Program-made: the position numbers and the translations under genes
Shown here: positions 24,912-36,761 of the stretch, piece after piece
Layout of the letters: every line of letters begins with the position of its first letter
Numbering within the stretch: the first letter of the stretch is position 1
Source of the DNA: Octopus vulgaris
Taxonomy: Eukaryota
Assembly (NCBI GenBank): GCA_951406725.2
Contig: OX597831.1
Location: 124,001-188,000 of the forward strand
Length of the DNA: 64,000 bases
Direction: 5' to 3'
The notes under the pieces: model-generated
Databases searched by the model: none
The model's input: only the letters and a program-made list of their open reading frames with translations
Told to the model about the DNA's origin: nothing

Positions 24912-26560
24912 ATATCAAGTCATCCAATCAGTTCTGTCCACTTTTACCTTTTTTTTTTTAGATTTAAATGAAAATTAATAGTATCTTCAAATGTCTAATT
25001 CAATTAAAAATTATTTTTATGCATTTGTGTACGTTTAAATTAATTCAATATTGTTTTACAAAATAATAGAGGGTGTCCACAAAGTCTGCGTACATGGGGA
25101 TTAACACATACTTTTAAAACAAACCAATTTTATTTAATTATAATGTTAATAAATAATATTTTCAAAGTGATTTCCATCATTTTTCAATGCATAACTTGAT
25201 GCGCCTTGCAAAATTCAGGTGAACTTGATTAAATAAGTCTACATTGCCATCGATTTCAGCACACTGACTGGTAATGCGTTCTCTCGTGTGTTTTTAAATC
25301 TGTAATCTTTATTGCAATCTTTCTCTTTCAACATACCCCAGAAAAAGAAATCAAGAGGAGAAAGGTCTGGTGAACGAGGGGACCTTTCCATATGAGCCCT
25401 TCGTCCAATCCAGTGAGGAAAAGTGTCATTAAGCCAATCTCTAACAGTTGTGGCAAAATGGGTAGGGGCCCCATCCTGCTGAATCCAATTTGGAAGGCCC
25501 TCGCCTAGGCGCTCAATTTGAGATATTAATTTGTCTCTCAATATGTTTACATAAGTCTCATCCGTTACATGTTCAATGAAGAAGGGTCCTAGAACATGAG
25601 CTTTCCACAAACCACACCATCACCTTTTTGCTGCCTTGCTGTTTGGATGGATCCATCCAATGTGGATTACCTCGAGACCAGTATAGAAGATTCTGTCTGT
25701 TGACCTCACCATTTCATCTGAAGTCTTTGGTCGCCCGGAACGGGGTTTATCCAAAACACTGCCTGTTTCTTTAAATTTCTTGATCAATTTCCCGACGGCA
25801 ATAAAAAAAATAGGTTACCTATAAGGGTGTCGAAGATTAAATTCTTCCGCAATTTTGCGATAAGACCATCCCTCTCGTCCACTTAATAATAATAACTCGA
25901 TTCTTTCTTCTTTAGACACAGCCATCATTCGATCATCTGTAGAAAAAATAACAAATAAATTTAGAAAAGTAAAGTATTTTTTTAATTTAATTTAAACAAA
26001 AGTAAAAAAGGAAAATTATTATTTCTTATATTTATTTATGTTATGATTTTATTCCATGTACCCAGACTTCGTGGACACCCTAAAATTGCTTTGATTAAAA
26101 CCTTTCAACATGGAAGTATCCAAGGAGCATTTATGGTACATATAATTCTTTATGAGTATAATAAAGGTAACTCTGCAGCCGAAGTGACTCGAAACATACA
26201 CTCAGTTTATGGGAAAGTGCTTGAATGAAAGAACTTGCAGGAGATCGTTTGCAAAATTGAAGATGAAGATCGAATAGGATGTCCAGTTGAGTTTGATGAT
26301 AAGCTCCTTGAGGCATTACTTGAAGAAAATCCATCATTATCAGTTGAAGAATTGGCAATAAAGCTTACTTCAAACCATACAACAGTTCATCGTCATCTTC
26401 AACAACGTGGAAAGATTCCTAAACTTGGAAAATAGGTGCCTCATGTATTATCCGAAAGCAACTACAAATCCCGAGTTGACATCTGCTCTTCTCGCCATTC
26501 TCGCAAACTCATTTCACCCTTTTTCAATAGACTTGTGACGAAAAATGGATTTTCTATCCA
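24912..26560 (+). mobile_element. mariner transposase 5' fragment, split by the rosa-like element
   Basis: HIILYEYNKGNSAAEVTRNI..EDEDRIGCP..LEENPSLSVEELA..TVHRHL..K*VPH..RLVT..EKWIFY. Confidence 0.85.
25069..26082 (-). mobile_element. Tc1/mariner rosa (DD41D-like) element, decayed
   Basis: TIRs agggtgtccacaaagtctgcgtacatgg / ccatgtacccagacttcgtggacaccct; transposase QQDGAPTH..WIGR..SPRSPDLSPLDFFFWG with 40 residues between the 2nd and 3rd D. Confidence 0.85.
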
Positions 26561-26749
26561 GTTCATTCAGAAAATATAACAGAAAAGTCTAATTCTTCAA
26601 TTGAATGTAACCGGGCAACGCCGGGTATCTCTGCTAGTTTAAGATATACATATATAAATATAAATATATATATATACATACATACATACATACATACATA
26701 CATACATACATACATACATACATACATACATACATACATACATACATAC

Positions 26750-26962
26750 AAACGTTAGCACGCCGGATGAAATGCTTAGCGGTATTTCGTCTGTCGTTAC
26801 GTTGTGAGTTCAAATTCCGCCGAGGTTGACTTTGCCTTTCATCCTTTCGGGGTCGATAAATTAAGTACCAGTTCCGCACTGGGGTCGATGTAATCGACTT
26901 AATACCTATGTCTGTCTTTGTTTGTCCCCTCTATGTTTAGCCCCTTGTGGGTAATAAAGAAA
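26750..26962 (+). mobile_element. SINE family B
   Basis: Near-consensus copy lacking the first ~15 nt. Confidence 0.9.
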
Positions 26963-27273
26963 TCATTATTATTATTATCATCATCATCATCATTATATCA
27001 TTTTATATTATTTCATTCATATAAGAAGCGAATGCAGTTAATAACTTTCTCTAATATTATTTACTTAAGGACCGAAGTTATTAACTAACTCCAGTTGACT
27101 CGAGATGAAATTATGTCAAAACACTGATATCTGACACTCCTCTGATATCATTTGGAACATAATGTGTTTTTAACACACAAAGTCCCTAAAGGAAAGATTT
27201 TCTTGACGAAAAAATCACACAGCCATTGCTGTCCCACGTTTGTGTATACCTGAACGTGTTAAAATGATAAACG

Positions 27274-28709
27274 TGTAAGGACTGTGCGATGCGAGATGAC
27301 GAGAATAGCTCTTTAGTACATCACACGGTCGATACAATAAATATAAATTGAATAGTACATATAAGTTCCAGAGGGGAAAAAGGAGGCACAACCGCGTAGT
27401 ATGATTAAGAGAAGATTTATTGATATGTTAACATGTGTGTCTGTGCGTGCGTCATGTATGGAAGCACTCCATCGGTTACGACGACGAGGGTTCCGGTTGA
27501 TCCGATCAACGGAACAGCCTGCTCGTGAAATTAACGTGTAAGTGGCTGAGCACTCCACAGACACGTGTACCCTTAACGTAGTTCTCGGGGATATTCAGCG
27601 TGACACAGAGTGACAAGGCCGGCCCTTTGAAATACAGGTACAACAGAAACAGGAAGTAAGAGTGAGAGAAAGTTGTGGTGAAAGAGTACAGCAGGGATCA
27701 CCACCATCCCTGCCGGAGCTTCGTGGAGCTTTTGGTGTTTTCGCTCAATAAACACTCACAACGCCCGGTCTGGGAATCGAAACCGCGATCCGATGACCAC
27801 GAGTCCGCTGCCCTAACCACTGGGCCATTGCGCCTCCTCGTGTCATGTATACAGAATAATAGACAGGCCGTCATGAGAACAAATGTATGTGTGCTTGTAA
27901 GCATAGATGTATGCGTGTATTAAGAATGGCAATGAAGAAGATAATGAAAGAGTCTATAGCCATTGAAGTGAGAAGTTCATAGACACAAAAATAGAGAATA
28001 CCAGTTCGTAGTCAATTGTATACTGTAGTTGAAATACTGTCTCAAGAAATCGCGGCCATGATGCTGAGCCGGTTGCAGGTACATGTCGTACGTGAAGTCG
28101 TGGCTGTGATTCTGCTGCCTGGGTCACTTGATACAGTTCATGCAGGTTGTATATTCACTGTTGATCCATGGTGAAGTAATTCATGAATAGTGAAGCGTTG
28201 GAACCTGGGCCAGTTGCTTACTGATTTGTGTACGTAGTGAGTTGATGTTGAAGACGTTAAGGACATGATGGTGGAGACGAAGACGGAGGTTGCCGTAATG
28301 CTGTTGGACGAAGTTGGTAAGTCTCAACGTAACTGCTGTGGTGTTGTCTGGAGTTGTCACTGGACCGGTATGTGTCTTGTGTGGTCAGTGGCTAGACCTT
28401 AAAAGGACTGGAACCAAAAGACCTCCAAAACGAGGAGAAGGAGAGGTTTTTTTTTTTATAAGGAACAGAAGGCTCAAACGGGGAAGTGAACAGAGTGTCG
28501 CACGTGATTTTATTTAGATGCTCCGATTGGTTATACGCAGCAAATTGGCACGACATAATAAGAGACAAATTGCGCCTATATCAACCAATCAGAATAGTGG
28601 ATACAACAGGGTCCAAATAGCGGACAAAGGCTAGCTGTTACATGCTACGTTCGAATGCACGTATATATAATAAAAGGGAGAGAGGAGTTTCACTCGAGTG
28701 CACACTACA
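27274..28709 (-). mobile_element. Solo LTR-like element interrupted by SINE C
   Basis: Minus-strand tgtagtg...ccttaca termini, AATAAA, colinear homology with 40820-41815. No TSD recovered. Confidence 0.6.
27460..27838 (-). mobile_element. SINE family C
   Basis: Near-identical to 9636-9996 and 53028-53411; TSD gtcatgtat. Confidence 0.9.
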
Positions 28710-28901
28710 TACACATCATTATTCTGGTGCCTGCTATTTCGTATGAGTACACTGAATTATTTACTTGGCCTTTCTTATATTCTATTTCGCATTAGTATCC
28801 TGTTTAAAACATTTTCATTGTAAAATATATTGTTTGGTTGAATTTTGGGGTGGAGAAGGTGAAAGATTTGCACAGTCCCACCACACTACCTCCAAATGAG
28901 A

Positions 28902-29070
28902 CAGTGGCTGTGTGGTAAGTAGCTTGTTTACCAACCACATGGTTCCGGGTTCAGTCCCACTGCGTGGCACCTTGGGATAGTGTCTTCTACTATAGCCTCG
29001 GGCCGACCAAAGCCTTGTGAGTGGATTTGGTAGATGGAAACTGAAAGAAGCTCGTCGTATATATGTATAC

Positions 29071-29151
<81 letters not shown>

Positions 29152-29858
29152 CGTGTGTCTGTGTTTGTCCACCCCAACGTCGCTTGACAACCAATGCTGT
29201 TGTGTTTACTTCCCCGTAACTTAGCGGTTCGGCAAAAAAGACCGATACAATAAGAATAAGTACTAGGCTTACAAAGAATAAGTCCTGGGGTCGATCTGTT
29301 CGACTAAAGGCGGTGCTCCAGCATGGCCACAGTCAAATGACTGAAACAAGTAAAAGAATAAAGAGAGAGAGAGAGAGCAAAGCGAGTACTGGCGTTGATG
29401 TAATCGACTAGCTCTCCTCCAAAATTTTACCTATTATTAGAAAGAATTATATAGTAGGCGTAGGAGTGGCTGTGTGGTAAGTAGCTTGCTAACCAACCAC
29501 ATGGTTCTGGGTTCAGTCCCGCTGCGTTGCATCTTGGGCAAGTGTCTTCTGCTATAGCCCCGGGCCGAACAATGCCTTGTGAGTGGATTTGATAGACTGA
29601 AAGAAGCCTGTCCTATATATGTATATATATATATGTATGTGTGTGTGTTTGTGTGTCTGTGTTTGTCCCCATAGCGTTGCTTGACAACCGATGCTGGTGT
29701 GTTTACGTCCCCGTCACTTAGCGGTTCGGCAAAAAGAGACCGATAGAATAAGTACTGGGCTTACAAAAAGAATAAGTCCCGGGGTCAAGTTGCTCGACTA
29801 AAGGCGGTGCTCTAGCATGGCCGCAGTCAAATGACTGAAACAAGTAAAAGAGTAAAGA
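28902..29858 (+). mobile_element. Two tandem SINE family A copies (28902-29365, 29456-29858)
   Basis: Full head, (GT)n and tail in each. Confidence 0.9.
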
Positions 29859-30596
29859 GACAGTTATATATATAACACATTTCAATCCTCTGTTAAGAGA
29901 CCAAATTAGAAAAATCGTTCAAAACTGTAACATTTCTTTGATAACTCAGTTACCTTTCCATTGACATGCAACTGAGACATTCATATTTAAGTGGATTACC
30001 TCAAAAGGCGGTGGTTTGGCAGACTTTTTAAGCTAAATACCACCGAGGTGAATTTTGCTTTTCATTCCTTCTGAGCTCGATAAAATAAATGTGCCAGTCA
30101 TGTAATGAAATCGATATAATCAACTGTTCCATTCTCCAAAATTTGATACCGTGTTTCAACTGTAAGAAATTTTATATCTAACAGCAAAATTTTAGAGAAT
30201 ATAATGAGTTGTTTCCCCTTAGTGCTGATTAAGTCCCTTAGATTTAAATTTTTTTATATTTTTCTTCTTTTACGCAATTTTGTTATATTTTCTTTTCTTC
30301 GTTTGGCTCATTGAGTTTCGCCCATACTGAAGCACTGCCTACAAAAGTTTAAATCTATTATATCTATCCCTGTATAGATATAGTAAAAACAGAAAAATGA
30401 GTATAAGCGAGTGCACGCGCGCGCACACATAGACAAACATACATACATACATACAGACAGACAGATAAGCAGGCAGGCAGGCATGCAGACAGACAGACAG
30501 ACAGACAGACAGATAGATAGATAGATACATACATACATACATACATACATACATACATACATACATACAAACATACATACATACATACATACATAC

Positions 30597-30694
<98 letters not shown>

Positions 30695-30983
30695 TTCACT
30701 TGGGCGCAGTAATCTTAATAACCTGATGTTAGAACTTCATGTAGATATGCTTCAGAATAAAACGTTAGTCAAGTACAGAGGCGTAATGTAAAAAAAATTA
30801 AATGGCAATTAAACAGGGAGTACATGTGTTGATTATGTAATTCCCGTTTCCTTGTCATTTAATTGTCGACACACACACTAATACAGACATTCCATCAGTG
30901 TTCCACTTGATCCGAGGATGGAACAGCCTGCTCGTAAAATTAACGTGCAAGTGGCAAAGCATTCTACAGGTACGTGTAGTTAA

Positions 30984-31725
30984 GGCGGCGAGCTGGCAGA
31001 AACGTTAGCACGCCGGGCGAAATGCGTAGCCGTATTTCGTCTGCCGTTACGGTCTGAGTTCAAATTCCGCCGAGGTCGACTTTGCCTTTCATCCTTTCGG
31101 GGTCGATAAATTAAGTACCAGTTACGCACTGGGTCGATGAAATCGACTTAATCCGTTTGTCTGTCCTTGTTTGTCCCCTCTGTGTTTAGCCCCTTGTGGG
31201 TAATAAAAAATGAGTAGTTCTCAGGGAGATTCAGCATGATGTAGAACGTAACAAGGTTTGTCCTTTAAAATACAGGAACTACCCGTTTTTGCCAACCAAA
31301 ATTGGACTGGATGAATGTGAAATAAAATACCATGCTGAAGGACACAGAGCATCGTCGGGAATTGAACTCACGACCTTACGATCATTAGCCGAATAACCGA
31401 ACCATTAAGTGTGTGTGTGTGTGTGTGTCTATGTGTGCGTGCGTGCGTGTGTGTCTGTGTGTGTGTGTGTGTGTGTGTACATATATGTATGTAAGGCGGC
31501 GAGCTGGCAGAACCGTTAGCACGCCGGGCGAAATGCTTAGCGGTATTTCGTCTGCCGTTACGTTCTGGGTTCAAATTCCGCCAAGGTCGACTTTGCCTTT
31601 CATACTTTCGGGGTCGATAAATTAAGTACCAGTTACGCACTAGGGGTCGATGTAATCGACTTAATCCCTTTGTCTGTCCTTGTTTGTACCCTCTGTGTTT
31701 AGCCCCTTGTGGGTAGTAAAGAAAT
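30984..31725 (+). mobile_element. Two SINE family B copies (30984-31210 inside an old C-like SINE; 31495-31725)
   Basis: Head ggcggcgagctggcagaa; the second copy has TSD atatatgtatgtaag. Confidence 0.9.
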
Positions 31726-31751
31726 ATATATGTATGTAAGTATATCTATTC

Positions 31752-32140
31752 ATCTATTATATCAAATCAGTTCTGTCTGTCTGAGTGTGTGTCTTCTAGG
31801 ATCTCGAACATCCTCCATCCGATGGCGCTCAAATTTGATATGTAGATACCGACGGTATCAGGGCGTGTATAAGTCTTGAAAAAAAATTCCAAAAATCGAT
31901 TCCAGGCGAGAATGCGATCGATAAAGCCGTGGGAACGTGAATTTGTAAAATTGTTTTCCTTGGAATAGAAAAAAAGTTTATCTTGATTTCTTCTTTTGCT
32001 GGTGTTTCAAATTTAAGTTAAATTAGTGTTTCTCAAAGGGGAGGCCTATGGGACGTTCAGACAAGTTGTTTTGAGAAAATTTGATTTAGATGTTTGACAG
32101 CTCAGCACCGTTCATTGGACGCGGGGGGCGGGGGTTACTC
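31752..32140 (+). mobile_element. Helitron-like non-autonomous element 5' portion
   Basis: A|TCTATTATAT start, (CTGT)n, 'catccgatggcgctcaaatttgatatg' block typical of such elements. Confidence 0.5.
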
Positions 32141-32175
<35 letters not shown>

Positions 32176-32182
32176 CATACAT

Positions 32183-32490
32183 GATTCAATGGTTAGAGCG
32201 TCGGGATCACAATTATGAGGCAATCAGGTTTAATTCCCGGACCGGTCCGTATGTTGTTCGTGAGCAAAGCATTTTATTTCAAGTTGCTCCTGTTCACTCA
32301 GCTGTAGAAATGAGTTGCAATGTCATTGGTGCCAAAGCTGTACGGACCTTTGCATTTCCCTTGAACAACATCAGTGGCGTGGAGAGAGGAGGCTGGTATG
32401 CATGGACGACTGCTGGGATTCCACAACCTTAACCAAATTTGTGCCCTGGAGAGGAACCTTCTAAGTACAACCCCAATGTCATTCATGAGT
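32183..32490 (+). mobile_element. Diverged tRNA-derived SINE (separate family)
   Basis: A box tcaatggttagagcg, B-box-like ggtttaattccc, core gagcaaagcattttatttc..cactcagctgtagaaatgag. Confidence 0.65.
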
Positions 32491-32934
32491 CTTTACCCTA
32501 AATATATGTATGTATATATATATATGCATAAATATGTATTTATACATACATACATACATACACACATACATACATACATATAAACATACATATATACCTA
32601 CATACACACACATACATACATATATACCTACATACACACACTTACATACATACATACACACACTTACATACATACTTACATACATGCTTACATACATACA
32701 TACATATGTACATGCATATAAACATACATACATATATACCTACATACACACACTTACATACATACATACATACATACACACTTACATACATACATACACA
32801 CACTTACATACATGGTTACATACATACATACATACATACATATATACCTACATATACACACATACATACACTCATACATACATACGTATGTATGAGTGTA
32901 TGTATTATATATAATGGGGTAAAGACTCCTTGCG

Positions 32935-32980
<46 letters not shown>

Positions 32981-33054
32981 GGCTGAATTTGATAGTTTGC
33001 ATAAAACGAAAGCAAGACACAGTATCCTGTCCCCAGAAATAAATGTATTCCTGA

Positions 33055-33100
<46 letters not shown>

Positions 33101-33106
<6 letters not shown>

Positions 33107-33238
33107 AATATAAGAGAGTGGTCACTATATTGATCACTCTAGCACCAGTAAATCCAAAAGGTTTCTCGTGGTTGAAACCTTTTGGATTTACTGGTGCTAG
33201 AGTGATCAATATAGTGACCACTCTCTTATATTTATTTT
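33101..33238. repeat. Perfect 65-bp inverted repeat with 8-nt loop
   Basis: Arms 33101-33165 and 33174-33238, loop tcgtggtt, embedded between (AT)n arrays. Confidence 0.95.
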
Positions 33239-33364
33239 GTGAAAATATTGTAATATGTTATAAAATATTATAATAATCCAGGTTTCTCGTAGCACTAGGC
33301 CACTTGGTGTGGAATAAATATACTATTAAATTAGTATCTAATTCTCTCACCCTTATTAATTAAT

Positions 33365-33423
<59 letters not shown>

Positions 33424-33904
33424 ATAAAAAAAGGCATAACAGAAAGATAGAGCAGTAATTATTACAAAAATATATTTATATCTTGGACGCGCAGTTACAA
33501 GGATTTGCCTTGTGGACGCGAAATCTTGTGTAACTCTGTCCAAGATGAAAAAAAATGTTGTTGTAATACACACACACTCATATATTCGTTTGTTTATTTT
33601 AGTCATTTGACTGCAGTCATGCTGGAGTTGAATGTTAAAGGATCTTAGTTGAAGAAATCGATACCAGGATTTTCCTTTTGTAAGCCTGTTGCTTATTCTC
33701 GAACTGCTATTTTTAGCGGAAGCAAACACGGGCATCAGTTGTCATACGCATATATGACGAAGGGGAGGGAAAAGGTGGCCCTGTGGTACCATGGACATCT
33801 CAAAGAGAACGTCGCCCTCAACAGAATAGACGATGACAAAACGGAATAAAGACGCATTGTTCTTCCGACCAGTGTCAGTTGTCAAGGAAGGAGAATAATT
33901 AGAA

Positions 33905-34042
33905 AGGAGAGGAAATGACGTCAGGAAGGGACCGGAAGTACGATGTCAGGAAGCCAGGGGTTGAAGACGTCTTTATTCCTACAGTATCTGCGATGATGCC
34001 AAGTCGTGTGCTGGAAACGGCCGCAGAGTAGAATATGTGAGT
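33905..34042 (+). promoter_or_regulatory. Probable promoter and non-coding exon 1 of ZNF-A
   Basis: CRE TGACGTCA 33916, ETS ACCGGAAGT 33931, donor AT|GTGAGT at 34037; matching acceptor ttttcttatttcAG at 36128. Confidence 0.55.
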
Positions 34043-34415
34043 ACACTTTCTTAAAATAATCTGGTGAGAATTTGAAAGAACTTGAAGGTGAAGCTGTTGA
34101 CAGAAAGGGGACAAAGAAAAACCCTTGAACGAAACCAATCACTCAGTAGAGCCATCTGTTAGAGAATTAAAGAAATACAATCAGATAAAGGGAAATAACT
34201 TCTACAACACTTCAACCATGGTCCAAGTAAATCAATTAGGATGGTTAATTACTGAACTCTGACTCGTTTATATGTGAATACGGTAAATTGGCAAATATTT
34301 ACGGTACTACTAGCGAACAGTGGTTCCGGTGCGCGCACTCGCGCTAGCTAGTCGTAAGTAGTCGATCCTACAATGACTTTTTAACCCTAACCTTAGTTTG
34401 TTTATAAAAATAATT

Positions 34416-34489
34416 GGCGATCTTTCGTCTCTAGTAGACCTTTCCGTCGATTTCCGTAAAAAAATATTTTTTTTACATATGGGCTTGCC
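34416..34489. mobile_element. 74-bp one-armed derivative of the Merlin-like MITE
   Basis: Matches one arm of 56952-57327; perfect 8-bp TSD aaataatt. Confidence 0.8.
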
Positions 34490-35156
34490 AAATAATTTAT
34501 GGCGATCCTTCGGTATACGTACAGTAAGTACCGGAAGTGGCTTTGTTTACATTTCTGAAGATAACAGAAACCCTTTTGTCCTAACCCTAACCAATACACA
34601 CACACCCCCCCCCATATGTATAAAAAAAACACTTTCTTGAAGTGTATCCGGTACCTATACCGAAGTTACGCCATCCCACCCTCCAAATTTCTTAAAACAA
34701 TTCCTTTTGGCAAAATACGGAGATTATGATTGTGAAAAAAAATTTTTTTACAGGACAATTTGGGTATGGGGAAGTAATTTACAAAGATTTTAATGAAACA
34801 TATCAACCAACTGCTCTTAAAATCTAAGATTTTAAAACTATTTAACTTACATTACGCAGTTAAAGGGCAGTACTGTATATCTTCTGACTCCGGATTTGTG
34901 ATGAAGGGGTGTATATAATTTTACTGTCCCAATAAATAATTGGTGCAGAATTCTTTGTTTTTGTTTTCTGTAGCAGAGATAAATAAATAAATACCTGGCC
35001 AGGTACTGGTGTAAGATAGTTTGAACGAATACCCAGCCTTTTTTACCCTTTCTTTTAAATCTCGCCAAAAACAGTTGATGTTTTGTGTGCGTATGTGTAG
35101 TGTCAACAAAATTTTTTTGCGGTTTATTATGTAATGTTGACAACCCAGTGTTTATA

Positions 35157-35690
35157 GGCACAGGAGTGGCTGTGTGGTAATTAACTTGCTTACGAACTAC
35201 ATGGTTCCGGGTTCAGTCCCACTACGTGACACCTTGGGCAAGTGTCTTCTACTATAGCCTCGACCAAAGCCTTGTGACTGGATTTGGTAGATGGAAACTG
35301 AAAGAAGCCCGTCGTATTTATATATATATATATATATATATATCGAAATCGATCAACATCAATGGAAATTGCAGCAGTGATACCAGTGCTGGTGATACGT
35401 AAGAAAACCATCCAAACGTGGCCGTTGCCAGCGCCGCCCCGACTGGCACGTAAAAGGCACCATCCGATCGTGGCCGTTTGCCAGCCTCGTCTGGCCCCCG
35501 TGCTGGTGGCACATAAAAGCACCCACTACACTCACGGAGTGGTTGGCGTTAGGAAGGGCATCCAGCCGTAGAAGCATTGCCAGATCAGATTGGGCCTGGT
35601 GCAGCCTTGTGGCTTCCCAGACCCCAGTTGCACTGTCCAACCCATGCTAGCATGGAAAGCGGACGCTAAACGATGATGATGATGATGATG
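35157..35690 (+). mobile_element. SINE family D (family A tRNA head + ~60-bp internal repeats + RTE-type (GAT)n tail)
   Basis: A-type head to 35315, then ggcgttaggaagggcatccagccgtag..catggaaagcggacgctaaacgatgatgat. Confidence 0.8.
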
Positions 35691-35721
35691 TGTGTGTATG
35701 TGTATGTTTGTGTGTCTGTGT

Positions 35722-35860
35722 TTATTCCATGGGTGTGAAGACTTAATGCATGCTTTTATTCCATTAGGTCTTGTCTGTCTTGGAATGATTGGTAATGTAT
35801 GTCTGAAGTCCCATGATAAAACTAATGTAACTCCTCCCATAGATTTACAATTGTGAGTGA
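35722..35860 (-). mobile_element. Helitron PIF1-type helicase fragment
   Basis: MGGVTLVLSWDFRHTLPIIPRQTRPNGIKACIKSSHPW resembles the GG..V.L.GDFRQ.LP.IP.G...AC.K.S.LW motif. Confidence 0.7.
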
Positions 35861-36139
35861 AATACCCCAACCACTAAGCCATGCCACTTCACAGGTGAAA
35901 CAAATGAAAGCAGAGAAGAGAAAGAAAACAGATAAATAATTAGAGAAATGTTGAAGCGATTCATCTATATACAGGATGTTGGAAAACTTTCAAAGCCTCA
36001 ATGGATTCTGACCCATGCAAACGTAGGCATTAAATGGATGACAGTGTTGATGTTGTAAGATTTGCAATGTTGAATTACTATGTTGTTTAATCATTCTCTT
36101 TATCTCACTGCTTCTTTTCTTATTTCAGAATATCGCATC

Positions 36140-36208
36140 ATGTTGACGTTAAAGAAATTTCTTCGTTCAGATGTGCCTCTGATATTTTTATTTACTTTCA
36201 TCAATTAA
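36140..36208 (+). other. Conserved 22-codon upstream ORF in the ZNF-A leader (paralogues 46124-46192 +, 56444-56512 -)
   Basis: MLTLKKFLRSDVPLIFLFTFIN*, starting 11 nt after the splice acceptor in all three genes. Confidence 0.6.
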
Positions 36209-36428
36209 AGGAAGACCATATATTCATAAGGCACATTCATCAACGCATCAACTTCCTTGTATAAATGAAATCTTCAGCAAACGATGGGAAAATATTTCTT
36301 CTGGACAATGTAATTAAGAGCAACATTTTTGTTGTCTTCACTATCTTGGAATGTAGAGGAGATCATCAATTTACAGGTTAATTAACTTACTGGTTAATTA
36401 AGTTTACATCTTCTGTTTTGGATATTAA

Positions 36429-36649
36429 CCCTTTAGCATTTAAACCGGCCATATCCGGCCAAAAGTATTCTGCTTGTTTTATGTTCAAACTGGCCATATC
36501 TGGTCTCTCACACCAACCCTATAATATCATCTTAAAAATTAATAGCTACCTCATCAAAATTTCATAACTACAAGATAATGCATGATTAGTTCAAAACAAT
36601 GTGAATAAAAAAGCATTAACTTTGGCAGAATAATGTGAACACTAAAGGG
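36429..36649. mobile_element. piggyBac-like MITE in the ZNF-A leader
   Basis: TTAA TSD, ccctttag/ctaaaggg TIRs; the paralogue ZNF-B has a single TTAA at the equivalent site. Confidence 0.9.
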
Positions 36650-36761
36650 TTAAGCAAGATCACGGATGAAAGAAACATAGCATTAAACTATTCTCCGAAA
36701 ATACTGACACAACTGAACACAGATATATTCATAGAAATGAAAAATTTATTATCATCTCATA

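Larger units (their letters stand above)
23898..26637 (+). mobile_element. Non-autonomous Helitron carrying mariner and rosa-like transposon sequence
   Basis: A|TC 5' end (tctatatatataaaactgag) and 3' hairpin ccgggcaacgccggg + CTAG|T; internal ~70-bp tandem repeat at 24022-24157. Confidence 0.75.
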
